The notes under the pieces were generated by a model. It was not told the origin of the DNA. It searched no databases and saw only the letters and a program-made list of their open reading frames with translations. From Takakia lepidozioides (taxonomy: Eukaryota; Plantae; Bryophyta): DNA of 64,000 bases. Numbering within the stretch: the first letter of the stretch is position 1; the number at the start of each line of letters is the position of its first letter. Positions 35,763-47,642 of this stretch are shown here, one piece after another. The DNA is taken from assembly GCA_030704615.1 (NCBI GenBank), contig CM060734.1, positions 48,422,001 through 48,486,000 on the forward strand, read 5' to 3'. The position numbers and the translations under genes were made by a program.

Positions 35763-36810
35763 CTGTGCCGCTGCAGCTGCTGCCTTTAGTTGACCATCTA
35801 CCCATGCAGGTTTCTTGTGGCTATTGATCCACAGGGAATCATAGGTAATCTTGTGCTTGAAATCAGGCCCTCTTGGAAGACTCTGTACCCACTCTCTATC
35901 CCTGCTCCTTCAGCTACCCATGCGTCTGCACAAATCATGCATTCATCCTTGCCTTGCTGCTAGCAGCTGACAATAACAGCCTAGACACCCAACTTAGCTT
36001 ATGACCCTAGTTGCATCTGCTACTCTTTATAATCTAACGGGCATTCACCTTTTTGCCTCGATTGTCTCACCATCAACTGGCGTCACAAAAATATCCATTC
36101 CACAGCTTCTCCTCATTTCTATTACATACTTTCATGTTGTCACATTGGCAGTATCATGTCAAACTCACTCCAAACTAGATTCACTCAACCAGCTAACTTG
36201 CAGAATTCAACATGGAAATTTAGGGCCGATTCTGATAAGAGGGAAAAATAGGGTGAAATGTGTTGAAGGAGGTGCCTTCAGTAGAAGTGCCTGACTTTAT
36301 CAATTGTGCCGCTGCTGCTGCCGCTTCCAGTTGACCATCTACCCATGTAGGTTTCTTGTAGCTATCCTTCCACAGGGAATCATAGGTAATGTGGAGCTTG
36401 AAATCCAGCCCTCTTGGATGAATCTGGACCCACACTCTATCCCTGCTCCTTCAGCTATCCATGCCTCTGACAGCCTAGAATTCTACCAACAAACACCCCA
36501 ACCATACTGGTGTGGAGCTCTTCCCCAAAACACCCCAACCCTACTTATCACGATCTGAAATGCATCTGCTTCTCTCTGTAATCCAACAGGCATTCACCTT
36601 TTTATCTCCATTGTCCCACCATTGACTGGGGTCGGAAAGTGTTCACCCCAAAGCTTCTCCTCACCTCTATTATATGTTTTTGGATACTTCCCTGCTGCCA
36701 GACTGGCAGTAACTTGCCAAAGTCACTCCAAACCACCACAGATCTACCCAACGACCTAACTTACAGAATTCAATATGCATCTTGCGGCCGAGTCTGATGA
36801 GAAGAAGGTG
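35750..36810. repeat. ~545-bp diverged direct duplication upstream of the PPR fragment
   Basis: 35750-35930 resembles 36295-36470 (…gttgaccatctacccatg…), and 36010-36240 resembles 36560-36800. Confidence 0.7.
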
Positions 36811-37299
36811 CCCTCACCACATTGTCCTTGACCTTGTATCCTGACCCATGGAGGATTTGACCGACCATCAACCCAAAAGGACCTCTTGTGTGTGTTGCTT
36901 GTGTCTATAGTCAGGTAATGTCGGATTGGTCTATGAGATCGAACCACTACAGTGCAGTTGAGTAGGTAGAGATTGAAAAATGCCTGCTAAGACCAAGCCA
37001 ACTCTCCCAAGAACGGCGAGCTTGCTTCTCCTCGTCTCGTCTCCTCCTCCTCTTCTCCTTCCTGCATCATTTACTCAACGCCTCCATCCCACGCCCCTGC
37101 ATATCCTGCTATCATCGCGTTCCATCCCTCGGCTAAGTGGTGTGGCACAGGAGACAAAACACCAAGTCCCAGCCCTCCTCTCTGTTCACGATTACCCTAA
37201 TGGACAACCTTATTAGCAACTTTTTAATTTTTTTAAACCTAATGGGCAACCTTACTAGCATTATATGTGCCTTCAAAATGACACGTGTAGTGATGTAGT

Positions 37300-37593
37300 C
37301 GTATAAATAGAGCTGTGAAACCATCTTCAGTCATGGAGTCATAAGATTCCATGAAACGTCGTCCACGTGTAGTCAAACATATCACACTAGTCATATAAAC
37401 CATCCATGTCATCATGGTCAACAATGTTTGACCAATGCTCCCTAACTTTCCGGAGTCATGTAGTGATATCCATTACTACAGAGTCATAAAACTATGACTG
37501 CAACGCATTTCAGCGCTCTGTAGTCGTCTGCCTAGTGTAGTTTTTATGACTCCGCCAAAGCCGTAGTCCTAAAAACGCTCATCTTTTGTAGTG
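37300..37593. mobile_element. Isolated CACTA terminus with subterminal repeats
   Basis: Ends ATCTTTTGTAGTG (CACTACAAAAGAT on the minus strand), with GAGTCATAA/TTATGACTC and GTAGTC subterminal repeats. Confidence 0.75.
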
Positions 37594-38012
37594 CAGCTTC
37601 CCGGGAGGACAAGGGTCTGACAGAGGATCCACCCTCAATTTGAGCACCATCGCCTCGGAAAGCCTTCAATACTCCGACTCACTGCTGATCCGGAGGGTTC
37701 TTTTACGGGACTTGAGGAACCGATGACGTCGTCAGCATCTCCTTGAACCTGCCAAAGAGACATAATCATAAATCCGGGAGTGCACGAATGTGAACCTCCA
37801 CTGAACAATGGAGGTCACTAGATATAGTCATGTCCCCGTATAAAGGCGTGTATTAGAGTCTTGGGATTGCCCGGAATGTGCGTCAAGAATTCATCTGAAA
37901 ATGAGTCAAAATAAAAGTACCATATCTCACGTGTGTGATCACAAAGAAATGAAAAACAGAAACCATGAAGATATTCAATAGCTCGAGTGAGATGGGATTG
38001 ATCAAAAATAAT

Positions 38013-38745
38013 TTATTTTGAAGCATCATATCTGAGACTCTTAAAACCGTTGTCCTCAATAAAATCCCAGAGTGGGCTAAACTTGGGATCGTTTGAAACA
38101 TTTGGAAAAAGACTCAACCCTATCCTTTTTTTCCTAAGATAGCTTGAAACAGTGGGATGTTTCCTCATTCCAAACAAATAGGTCTGAAGAACCTTGAGAA
38201 GATAGCAACCATCGGTCTCCACGATCTGGAACGGTTTGAGAACAAGACATGAGTCGGGCGGGTTCAACACACACTTGATGGCGGTGTCGTCAATGAGCAG
38301 AGTTATACTCTTGGTATATTGTCCACCAAAACTCTGTCAGACCTTGACCAGTGGCTTCAAAAACAAAGGAGGAGGGTCCAATCCTGATTTGAATTGAGGG
38401 TGAACCGAAGTAGGACATGAAATACAATCCTCTTGAGACATAACGAAGGCCGGTTGAGGTAGACCACGAAGCAAAAAATCCAGGATGGGCTGCAAGTTCT
38501 TGTACATCATAGAACTCCAAATCCCTAACCGGAAGTGTTTGTGCAACTCTGTCCACACTTCGCGATATTTCTCCCGTCTAAAGACAAGTCGGAATCCGAC
38601 AAGAGCTGGAATTCTGTAGTCCGATTCTGAGAACCGGAGGACATTGTAGCTCTTTTGGTGCTTCAAGATTTTGCACAAGACTCCATTCACGTCAAAAATA
38701 ATCAAACGCAACCCTTGCGCAGGAGGAGAAACATGTGCTCCAATC
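38013..38745 (-). pseudogene. FCP1/NIF-like HAD phosphatase domain (copy 2)
   Basis: RLIIFDVNGVL...FRLGIWSSMM..N...FVMSQEDC...FLKPLVKV*...TLLIDDTAIKCVLNP; in-frame stop at 38337. Confidence 0.8.
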
Positions 38746-38864
38746 TGTCAGAGAGTCATTCATACTTAGGATGATAAAAGGGAACAATACAATGCATTGG
38801 AAAAACCAACACCAGGCAAGTGAACCAGAACGTCCACTGGACAACCGAGGTTCACCAAACTCAA

Positions 38865-39944
38865 TTAAAATATTTTATGTCCCAATGCAGCGGCACACAA
38901 CTCGTGATTGCTAAGGAGCTTCTGCCACCTATAATCAAAGTCTCTAAGAAATTTGACCGCTGGGTCATCCTCGAAGAAATCCTTCGTAACGCCGAAAGGA
39001 TGTAGCTCGTTGAATGGCATGACATCCATCCCCGATAACCGGAACATGTTAAGGTGAGGCTTGAGCTCTTCCAGTAGAAATTTATCTCTGTCAGGGTCAA
39101 CGCGCGCCTTATATTTTGGAAGGAAGATGGTATGTCCTAACGGGTTCAAGTAGGACTTGTACATATTGTCTACAGTGTCGATGAGGAGAGTATTGGAGTT
39201 GTAAGCTGTCGGATCTTCCTCAGTGAAAATGACGTAAAGACGTTTAAAGTAGATGGGATTTTTGGGAGCTTTGGGCCATTTTTCGTTGAATGTCGATCTA
39301 TGCATGACGGAATTCTCACTGCTGTAAGTTCTGACCTGGGAATAGTACTTCCCGAACACGGCCTTGGCGATAGTCTCGACGTTCATTTCAGGTCCAGTGT
39401 TCCAAAAACAAACGGCAAACTTTTTGACGGCCCACTTAACGAATTCGTCAAGACCGTTTCGTGTAGCTAACTTGAATTTCCCTGCGGAGATACAAGGCTG
39501 GGTGGCAGGAGGGGTTTTCTTTCCATCCTTTAGGAAAACCTCACAAAGGTAACCAATGTCCAGAACCAGGACGTAGTATCCTGGCCAGCACCCGTTCGGT
39601 CCCCAAGGAAGGGAATGCAAATTGTTTGGATTGACAGAAAGGGAATAGTCGACTGGAGGGTAATGCATGTTGTCCTGTGGAATAACGGAAGAGTTCATTA
39701 TTAATTTCAATTTTAGAGATCCCAATGTAGACAAACGGAAGAATGGAGTTGAAATCATTACCATTTTTTGGGGCGGCTGCTGAGATCCCTGGGCAGGCTG
39801 CTCTTCCTCTTTCCCATCTCTACGGCAAACGTTATCGTCCTTCTCTGTGGCACTAAATGGCAACCTCGACTGTCCAGTGGAGGTAACTTGTATGACCGGC
39901 TCAGATAGAGCAACAGTGATTGTTCGATCCACTCTTCTCTTCAT
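38865..39944 (-). CDS. FCP1/NIF-like HAD phosphatase domain (copy 1), catalytic motif degenerate
   Basis: VLVLDIGYLC...RNGLDEFVKWAVKKFAVCFW...YFKRL...NTLLID...KSYLNP; probable in-frame intron ~39675-39762. Confidence 0.75.
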   Translation of the reverse strand: MKRRVDRTITVALSEPVIQVTSTGQSRLPFSATEKDDNVCRRDGKEEEQPAQGSQQPPQKMVMISTPFFRLSTLGSLKLKLIMNSSVIPQDNMHYPPVDYSLSVNPNNLHSLPWGPNGCWPGYYVLVLDIGYLCEVFLKDGKKTPPATQPCISAGKFKLATRNGLDEFVKWAVKKFAVCFWNTGPEMNVETIAKAVFGKYYSQVRTYSSENSVMHRSTFNEKWPKAPKNPIYFKRLYVIFTEEDPTAYNSNTLLIDTVDNMYKSYLNPLGHTIFLPKYKARVDPDRDKFLLEELKPHLNMFRLSGMDVMPFNELHPFGVTKDFFEDDPAVKFLRDFDYRWQKLLSNHELCAAALGHKIF

Positions 39945-40595
39945 CGTCTCAGTGTCGATGGAGTCGGTCCTCGTGTGTTTGATCTCCTCAGACGTCGTTT
40001 CATGAATCTACATGAAATTAAAGAATCCCACGGATGAGGATTATGATGGTCCAAATTGATCCGACAAAATTACCGAATTGAGTAATACCGAAGATGAGAC
40101 TGAAAGACCAATAATATGAAATAAGAATAAAGCCAATGTTTTACCCGAATCGGGATCTGTTGTTGGATTACGTGCTTGTGTTGTTCTGTCTCTTCTCCCT
40201 CCCAACGAGTAGGAGGATTCTCTGACTCATTCCCTGCAGATGGCAACGTCCACTGGACAGTGGAAGGTTACTTGCGGAACCAGCTCAGGTGACCTGGCCC
40301 TCACTATCAGATCCACATGTCTCTTCACCGTTTGAGTCTCCTTTGAGCCTTTTCTTGTGTGCGTCATTTCCTGCAATTGGGATTCTTGGATCTACAAGAA
40401 AAGTTATCCAAATCGGTTAGTGGTTGTCCACAAAGGTGTGCGAACGGAAATATGTGTCCGGGTGGAAATATGTTTTATTCGGAAGTCCAGAAAAACGGAT
40501 ATGGAAAAAACATTGGGATTATGTATAATTACAATATTATCATATTGTATTCAGAAGTGTGTACGAATAAAAATTCACTAATTGTCATTCGTTAC

Positions 40596-43500
40596 CTACA
40601 TCCAGAACCACTTCCTGGGTGACATTCTGGGACACCAGCTCACGACGATCGTTAACGGATCCGGTGACATAATCAATGGCTCGTCACCTTCCACAGGTTT
40701 GAAGCCTTGACCGAGGGTTTCAACTAACTCCGTCGATGTCGCTTCTTGTCCCCCTGGAGAAGTCGGATTCTTATTCGTTGTGTTATCGGAACTGGAGGAA
40801 GAGCTGTTCAGATTGTGTACATCTTCTGGCACAACGCATTCTTGGGTATTTGGAGTACTACCTAGATTATCCAACCGGTATTTTTCCTGGCCCTCTCTTT
40901 CCCTTTCCCACATTAGCCGCATTTGCCCCTGGTCTCTGTTAATGATTTCCATGTTCTCATCTTCGTCTTTCTCCTCCTCGCCGTCCTCTTCTTGTTTCTC
41001 CTCCATTTCCTCGTCCTGATCCTTGTCGTGTCCTTCGTCATCATCTTCTTCGTCCACTTCGTCATCCTGCAGTGAGTTTACGTCATCTCCGTCTCCTGCG
41101 ATAGTCTGATTGTCAATCTGGAGCGTCTTGAAATAGGCCTCCACCTTGCTTCTACAAAATTTCTTTTTCATTACAAAGTTTATGTCGAGCACACGAATAT
41201 TTCTTTCCTGCAATGAAACCAAACAATGATATCAAAATAAATCTAACACCAACCATCGAAAGATTGAAAGGGTTAGGCTTTCTTTTGAGACAACTAGCAA
41301 ACACACCAAACTCCTGAATAACAAACACCCAAAACACCCACAACTCCAATAACATGAACCTCCACTGCCCAGTGGAGGTTAACAAAATAAAAACATTCAG
41401 ACACAGGTTAAACACGCTATTCCGACAACATAAATAACACGAGAGTTAAATCCGGCAAACTGAAAACACAGACAATTCCAAGATGCAGAATCCACTTACA
41501 AGCAGAACGTATGTCATTGCCAGTCCTTCAAAAATGTTCACACAAGACATTCCGTCCCTGCAAAAAAGAAAGACCAGGTGTTCCAATCAGGAAATGCTCC
41601 ATGCTGTTGTCGATCATACCACTGAAATGCTAAGTCCCGCAAAGTGGCAGGGAATATCGTCAACCAACAGAATTCCGTCCTGGCATTATTAGCAATACAA
41701 GCTCTGCTTGCACGACAAGACATACTTCTTGAAGGCAGCAGTCATTGGCTGCGTCTCCATATTCATCTTCTGTTTGCTTACAATGTAGTCGTTCCCGAGC
41801 CGATCTCGAAAAGTTACAAACTCAGCTTTGTTGAAGTTGCATTTTTTTTTTCACATCATGCCCCTCCTGTTTGGTATACGGTTCCTGGTTCTGTTTGCTC
41901 CTCCGAGGCCACCCTAAGACTTCCATTACATCGTCGATAATAAACCGTCGCAATTTCATTTGGTCAATATACGCGCTCATTGTGTTTTTGGATTTGTCCA
42001 CGCCCTTGAATTTCATTCCCCGAATGCAAATGTCTCTGTTTAGGATTTTCTCCGCCACTCTTTTCAACTGCCTACTATTAAGTCCTTGCAGTTTCGCGAT
42101 AGCGGTTTTATTCAGCGGTAGCTGTTCACCCTTGCACTGAATCCCGAAAATATCAATAAGCTTCCCTTGTTCCCACTGTTTGAAAACCTCCTCCCACAGG
42201 TTCCATACGTCTTCGTCACAGAGAACCAGAACCATGGCCTCCTTCACGCTACTTCTGCGAAACAATCAGGGCCAAAGTTAGACATTTCATTCGATATTTG
42301 ATATTAATTTTTGAGATGAAACAATAGTCACAACTATCATGTCAATTATACTATACTCCAAATGATGATTCGATTGCCAATTCATCTCCGTCCATCTTGT
42401 TGTGCCTTGTAATTTGAAGCTCTTTCTGTAGTGTCTCCTGCTTTGGAATGCGGTGCTCCTCCAAGTCAAATTTGTCCAATCTGTTCATGTTCTCCAGCAG
42501 GAACAGTTCCAAGAGTGTACATAGAAAATCCTTGAAAAACCCAATGAGCATGAAAAGTTTTGGAAGCGTTCTCCGCAACATCACGTTTTCATAATCATAT
42601 GATGTTTTAAGTATTTTTGCGGCACATTTGCGGAATTGTTACAGGTGGAGAACATAAATAGATTGGGAAAATAAGAGCTAGACAAGCACCTCATTACCAA
42701 ACAAGACACATTACAAAAGACCCCATCATGTCAAATTTCCGAATGCTGAACCATTCCGCTCGTTCATAGTAGCACCCTCCCTTATGAGGCTATTTCTGTA
42801 GTGTCTCCTGCTTCGTAATGCGGTGCTTCGTAATGCGGTCTCCGTTCGTCACATTAAATCCGAGCTTGAAAATATTTTAGTTCTCTAGCAAAAGGAACAG
42901 AAAACACAATGAATCATTTACCTTCCATTGTCTAGTCTCCGACTTCGTTGTGTGATCGTTGTACTTTTTCGGCCTCCCCCTCAGCTCGAAGAAATTTCGG
43001 GCATGTGCAACTTTCTCGGGAAATGTTGTGTCAAATTTCTGCGCCTTATTCGGGTTGTTTAGGAGCTTAGATAGCTTCACGAGCCTCATCAGATCCTTTG
43101 ACCATATAATCTTTGAAGGCCAGTCAGTGTAGTACTTCTTAAGATTGTCGTCGTCTACGTCTTGCACAAGTTCCTGCGACAGAATTGAATAAGGTCAGAA
43201 ATGATATCGACCTAACAAGCATGTTGTTTAAAGTTCATGAACCTCCACTGTCCAGTGGAGGTTCATGTTGTTACAAAATTTGAAATTTGTTGAGAAATAT
43301 ACCTTGGCAGCAATGATCGTGTGTTGTCCACCGATGACGAAGAATCTGGAATTTTCCACCTCGTTCCAGTTTCGAGGTTTCGAATTAGAAACCTCCATAG
43401 GCTTCTCGGGGTTTACGGGAATCAAATAAACTGGATGTTTGGAGTCGAACACCCGGAGCTGGTAAAGACGCGCTTTGACTTCGTCTTTGTGCTTCACATT

Positions 43501-44189
43501 TAGGGGCCTGTACACCATATCCCTGGGAGCAAGCTCCATCATGGAAACTTTGACGTCCTGGGTCGCCTCAAACTCAAGGCTTGTAGTCTTGCTCCAGCCT
43601 CTCTAGCATCTTCTCACACTTCTCTTTGTCGAATATCTCTGCAGCCTTAGGTTTCTTGTTATCTGTCATGAACGAGGGATCCATCTCCTCCTTTTGTTTC
43701 TTCTTTCCCCTGATGTCCCGGCTTCATTCTCATCACCACTAGCATCAACGGATTTCCGTTTCCCTTCTTTGGCCTCCCTCTTGCAGCCTCCTCCTCCCGG
43801 GTCTTTGCAATCTCCTTACCCTTTAGGTAAAGCACATCCAAGAAAATACCCCAAGCCATGCAAAATCCTTCATCTGTAAATTGAGTACCCTCGTCGCAAA
43901 TATATGTGAACCCCGCCCTGATGGACTCTCTCATCATGGCCTTCCTTAGAATTCGTACCTCCAGTTTGAAGCCAAACGTTCTGGGAAATCTACCATCTTC
44001 CATCATGAACATTACCAGCATCGGAAATTCCACCTCCATCTCCAGCTCTACGTCGACCACATCTGCATATTTGAGCTCGGCGACCTCTGCACCAATCTTG
44101 TATTGGAACCGGAACTTATGGTCCGGAGGTGTGCCAACGGGTACAATGCCCCATTCTGTGATCTCCGGGTTGAGCTCAAAAATTGCCAA
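40596..44189 (-). pseudogene. Multi-exon accessory gene with a ParB/Srx-like domain (exon ~43303-43620) and an acidic low-complexity region
   Basis: VKVSMMELAPRDMVYRPLN...EVKARL...PVYLIPV...FFVIGGQHTIIAAK|GT; intron 43174-43302. May splice on to the FCP1-like exons. Confidence 0.6.
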
Positions 44190-44609
44190 GTGATCATTCT
44201 TGAAATTCGGAGATTTTCGATAAACAAAAGAACCTCAGATAGGTTTGCACATTCCAACAATACAATTCCTTGGGGTGATGTTGTTGTGCACAGAACAAAC
44301 CACCTCTGTCGTTAGACACATATCATAACAACCATACAAAACTCCCATGACAGTAACCTCCATTGTCCAGTGGAGGTTCACCAATTCACATGCTCATAGC
44401 TGATAGATAAAAGGATCCAATTCATGAGAGAAAAAAGATATCACTCATAAGAAGGAAAAAAAAAATTATTCAGAGAAGGCTCGTCTTGCCATTCAATACA
44501 TCATGCGGTCTCAAAATTGTTCGAATAACGAATACCCAATATCTACAAGAACTCGATATTCTTTTGTAAGATGAGGTTCATCTTTTCATTTTCTTATATC
44601 TACAATAAC

Positions 44610-45204
44610 TACAGGAGGCTCTCTCGAATCATCCTCAAGGTTTCGGGGGAGTACTCTCTAGGGGTATATGTCGGAGAATCTCCAGAGATGTATTCTGGAG
44701 AATGTCCAGGGACGTACTAAGGAGAATCAGCAGGGACATATTCTGGAGAATTTACAAGGATAGATATTGCATACTGAGGAGAGTGAGGAGTGTATCCGGG
44801 AGTGGACGGAAGGACGGATCCCGGGTACTGTTCACTATCTCCTACAGAAATGTCATTATTTGAATCAGACTGAAGATTGCACTCATCACTTTCATCTTTC
44901 TCTTCCTCTGTTTCCTCCGTTGTCTCCCGTCGAATAAGTCCCTCGAACATTGATTCGTCAGTGCCCGGATTTATGAAGGTTTGCACGTCAGGCCCACATC
45001 TGATATTTCATTCTCAGATCTCTTCTGGAAGGTTTTTGTTTTCGATACAACCAGTGATGCGTCTTGGTTTTCTGCTTCGTTGATACTTACTGGATTTTGT
45101 CTCCTTGGCCTCTTACAGATGTTGACGACGGTCTCAGAACCATCTTTGGCCACCGTGTGCACTCCTACGCCCCTTCTTTTTATAATGACAGAACAAAAAA
45201 TCAA
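44610..45204 (-). pseudogene. Exon with Tyr/Ser-Pro repeats resembling the RNA Pol II CTD
   Basis: STPGYTPHSPQY...NSPEYVPADSP*YVPGHSPEYISGDSPTYTPREYSP, reading through the TAG at 44717. Confidence 0.5.
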
Positions 45205-47642
45205 CGCAGGGGAGGCACCGACATAAGTCTATCTCAATACATCCTTATGTTGTGCCTTGGCATAGTAACACGCAGGAACCTCCACTGGGCAGGCGAGGTT
45301 CGTGTGGTTTGTCCTGCCGGAGTTTATGGAGGTCTACTAGAGGTCTAATGGTCTACGGAGATTAGTCTACTAGAGTAGCCTAGGCCCGAAGAAAAACCCG
45401 TTTTCAAATCTCGGAAATTCGGAAAAACAATCACAAAAAACCATGATCCTAACCCACCATAACCCTAATCCATAACCCTAATAATCCAGCAGCACCAGTA
45501 AACCAGGACCACAAACCACCCGTACCAACCACCATTACAAACCACCATGCAAACCACCAGCAGAGAAACAGCAATGCTTTGAAACACCTCAACAGCTTTA
45601 ATCAATTCAAACTAATTGAAACAATTTTGGAACCACATGAATTGAAATGAGATGCTCCGCAGCAGACAAGACATCACACCCACGAAACTTGGCATGCAAG
45701 AAACAAATGGTGCTCTATAACCTCTGGAACGAAAGCGAGTGAGGAAGAGAAGCAAACCAACAGCGATGTGGGCGATGCTGACCAACAAAAGCAACAGCAA
45801 AACAAAAAGAAAAACAAATCAACAAACTGATCAAAGAGGGAATGAGAGAATGACATCAAAGCGAGCAAGAGAGAATGACATCAAAGCAGATGCGTAAACG
45901 AGAACATTACCTGCTGGATGCGTGAGCCATTTCGGTGCCCCTGCTGCTGACTTGAAACCCCTGACCCTTAAGCTTCCACCGCTCCCTTACGCTCTGCTTC
46001 CCTCCCTCTCCTGTCTGCACTTAAATCCGTTGTCTACTTCCTTTCCTCCACTGCACTCTCACGCTGCACTGAACTGCACGCTCTCATCTCTCAGCTCTCA
46101 CGGCTGCACAACACGCTCTCTGCTCTTCACGCTATCCCCCCTTCAAAACTCTCTGTTTTCTAGCGCTAGTCGGTCTTACCACTTTCCGCAGCGCTTCCGC
46201 GTACACAATGGAGTGACAAAAGGGTGGGCTGAACGACCACACCCCTTATATGGTGCCGTCGCAAAGGATCTGAACCATCGCGTCCTTTCAAAATCGAACG
46301 GCCGCGCGTGTTCCATCCAACATCCATGCAAATATTATCCAATTCATCCTTTCCATTCTGTCCATCCATTTTACGAATGACTAGATGAAATGAATAAACA
46401 GGTGAATGAACGAGAAAATGTGACGTTAATGATCCCTTGCACAGGATCATCAATTATAACCCCGTGGGATATTTCCCACATCCCACATGTAACGATAAAT
46501 GAAATGTGAATGTCAGATCCTCTTGTGGCGTTTTGCCGCTGGGAATTATTGCTCTTGACCATGTCTACATTCGGCGGATTAAGGCTTGGAATATTTCCTC
46601 TGTCACTCATTTACGCCCGCCGCATTCTCGGCCGAGTGTCATAGCTGCACGAATTCATGAAACACTTGTCATCGGCGTCAGGCCTTCATCCACTTGGACA
46701 GCATTGAATGCGAAATACGTACTGCTTGATAAGCACGAGTGCGAAACCATTGAACCACCGTTATCAGCTGTTATCGTTCTGGCATCATAATTGTTACATA
46801 GGGATCTACCAGTAAATGACACTTTTTTCCGAAATCGGTCAAAGAGTGCACTCCTGCACCATCCATAACCGTTCGATTGTGGCCATATCGGATATCAACA
46901 GCGATGGAAATCGATCCGCGAGACAATATATCGCACTATCCCATTGGAGGAGTTCCAGCGGGCAACCTGGTTTCCACCTCTATATAAGGTCTGAATGCAA
47001 ACTGTTCAAACTTCTATCTCCATACCTCTCACTTGCAGATTGTGTTTCCCGCACCTCTCTGGTCATCTCCCACCTCACTTCCCATAGTGCACCTCTCTGA
47101 GCATCCTGTACCTCTATGGCCATCGCAGGTGTACCTCTCTAAATTTCCCTAATCTCTCGTGTGAAGTGCATTTTCTCTCGTACAAAATGTTATGACATCT
47201 GTGTGTTTTCGATACTCTACAGGAAAATCTACTTATTTCTCATCTGCATGTTTAGAAGTTACAGTCCAATACTCTTCAATTTCTGTATTTCGTCATACCT
47301 TAAGTTGTGGATCTCCACTGGACAGTCGTGTCAATGCTCACATTCATCCGTCATTACCATTATTCATCCACGTAACCATATTCATCCACTAGTATTCATC
47401 CGTCCGACTTTTTTCATTATTATCTCATCCAACCTCCACTATACAGTGGAGGTTATATAATTAGACACAATCTTCATATAACATGTTCCAGACCAAACAA
47501 TAATTCCATTTCTATTCTACTTCTCTGAAACGTTCATATGCGAGTGTATTTCCTTTATTGTATTGATTCATCTCTGAATATAGTCTTAACTCATACTGCT
47601 TATTACTGTCAGTAAGGTCGTCACGGAGGGGTTTTCAGTTTC

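Noticed and set aside
36945-37593. Complete CACTA MITE from CACTAC at 36945 to GTAGTG at 37593
   Set aside because: The match is limited to about 7 bp and there are no subterminal repeats at the left end.
41500-41900. Possible methyltransferase motif (FEIGSGTT) in the second accessory gene
   Set aside because: It is surrounded by stops, the frame is uncertain, and there are no supporting motifs.
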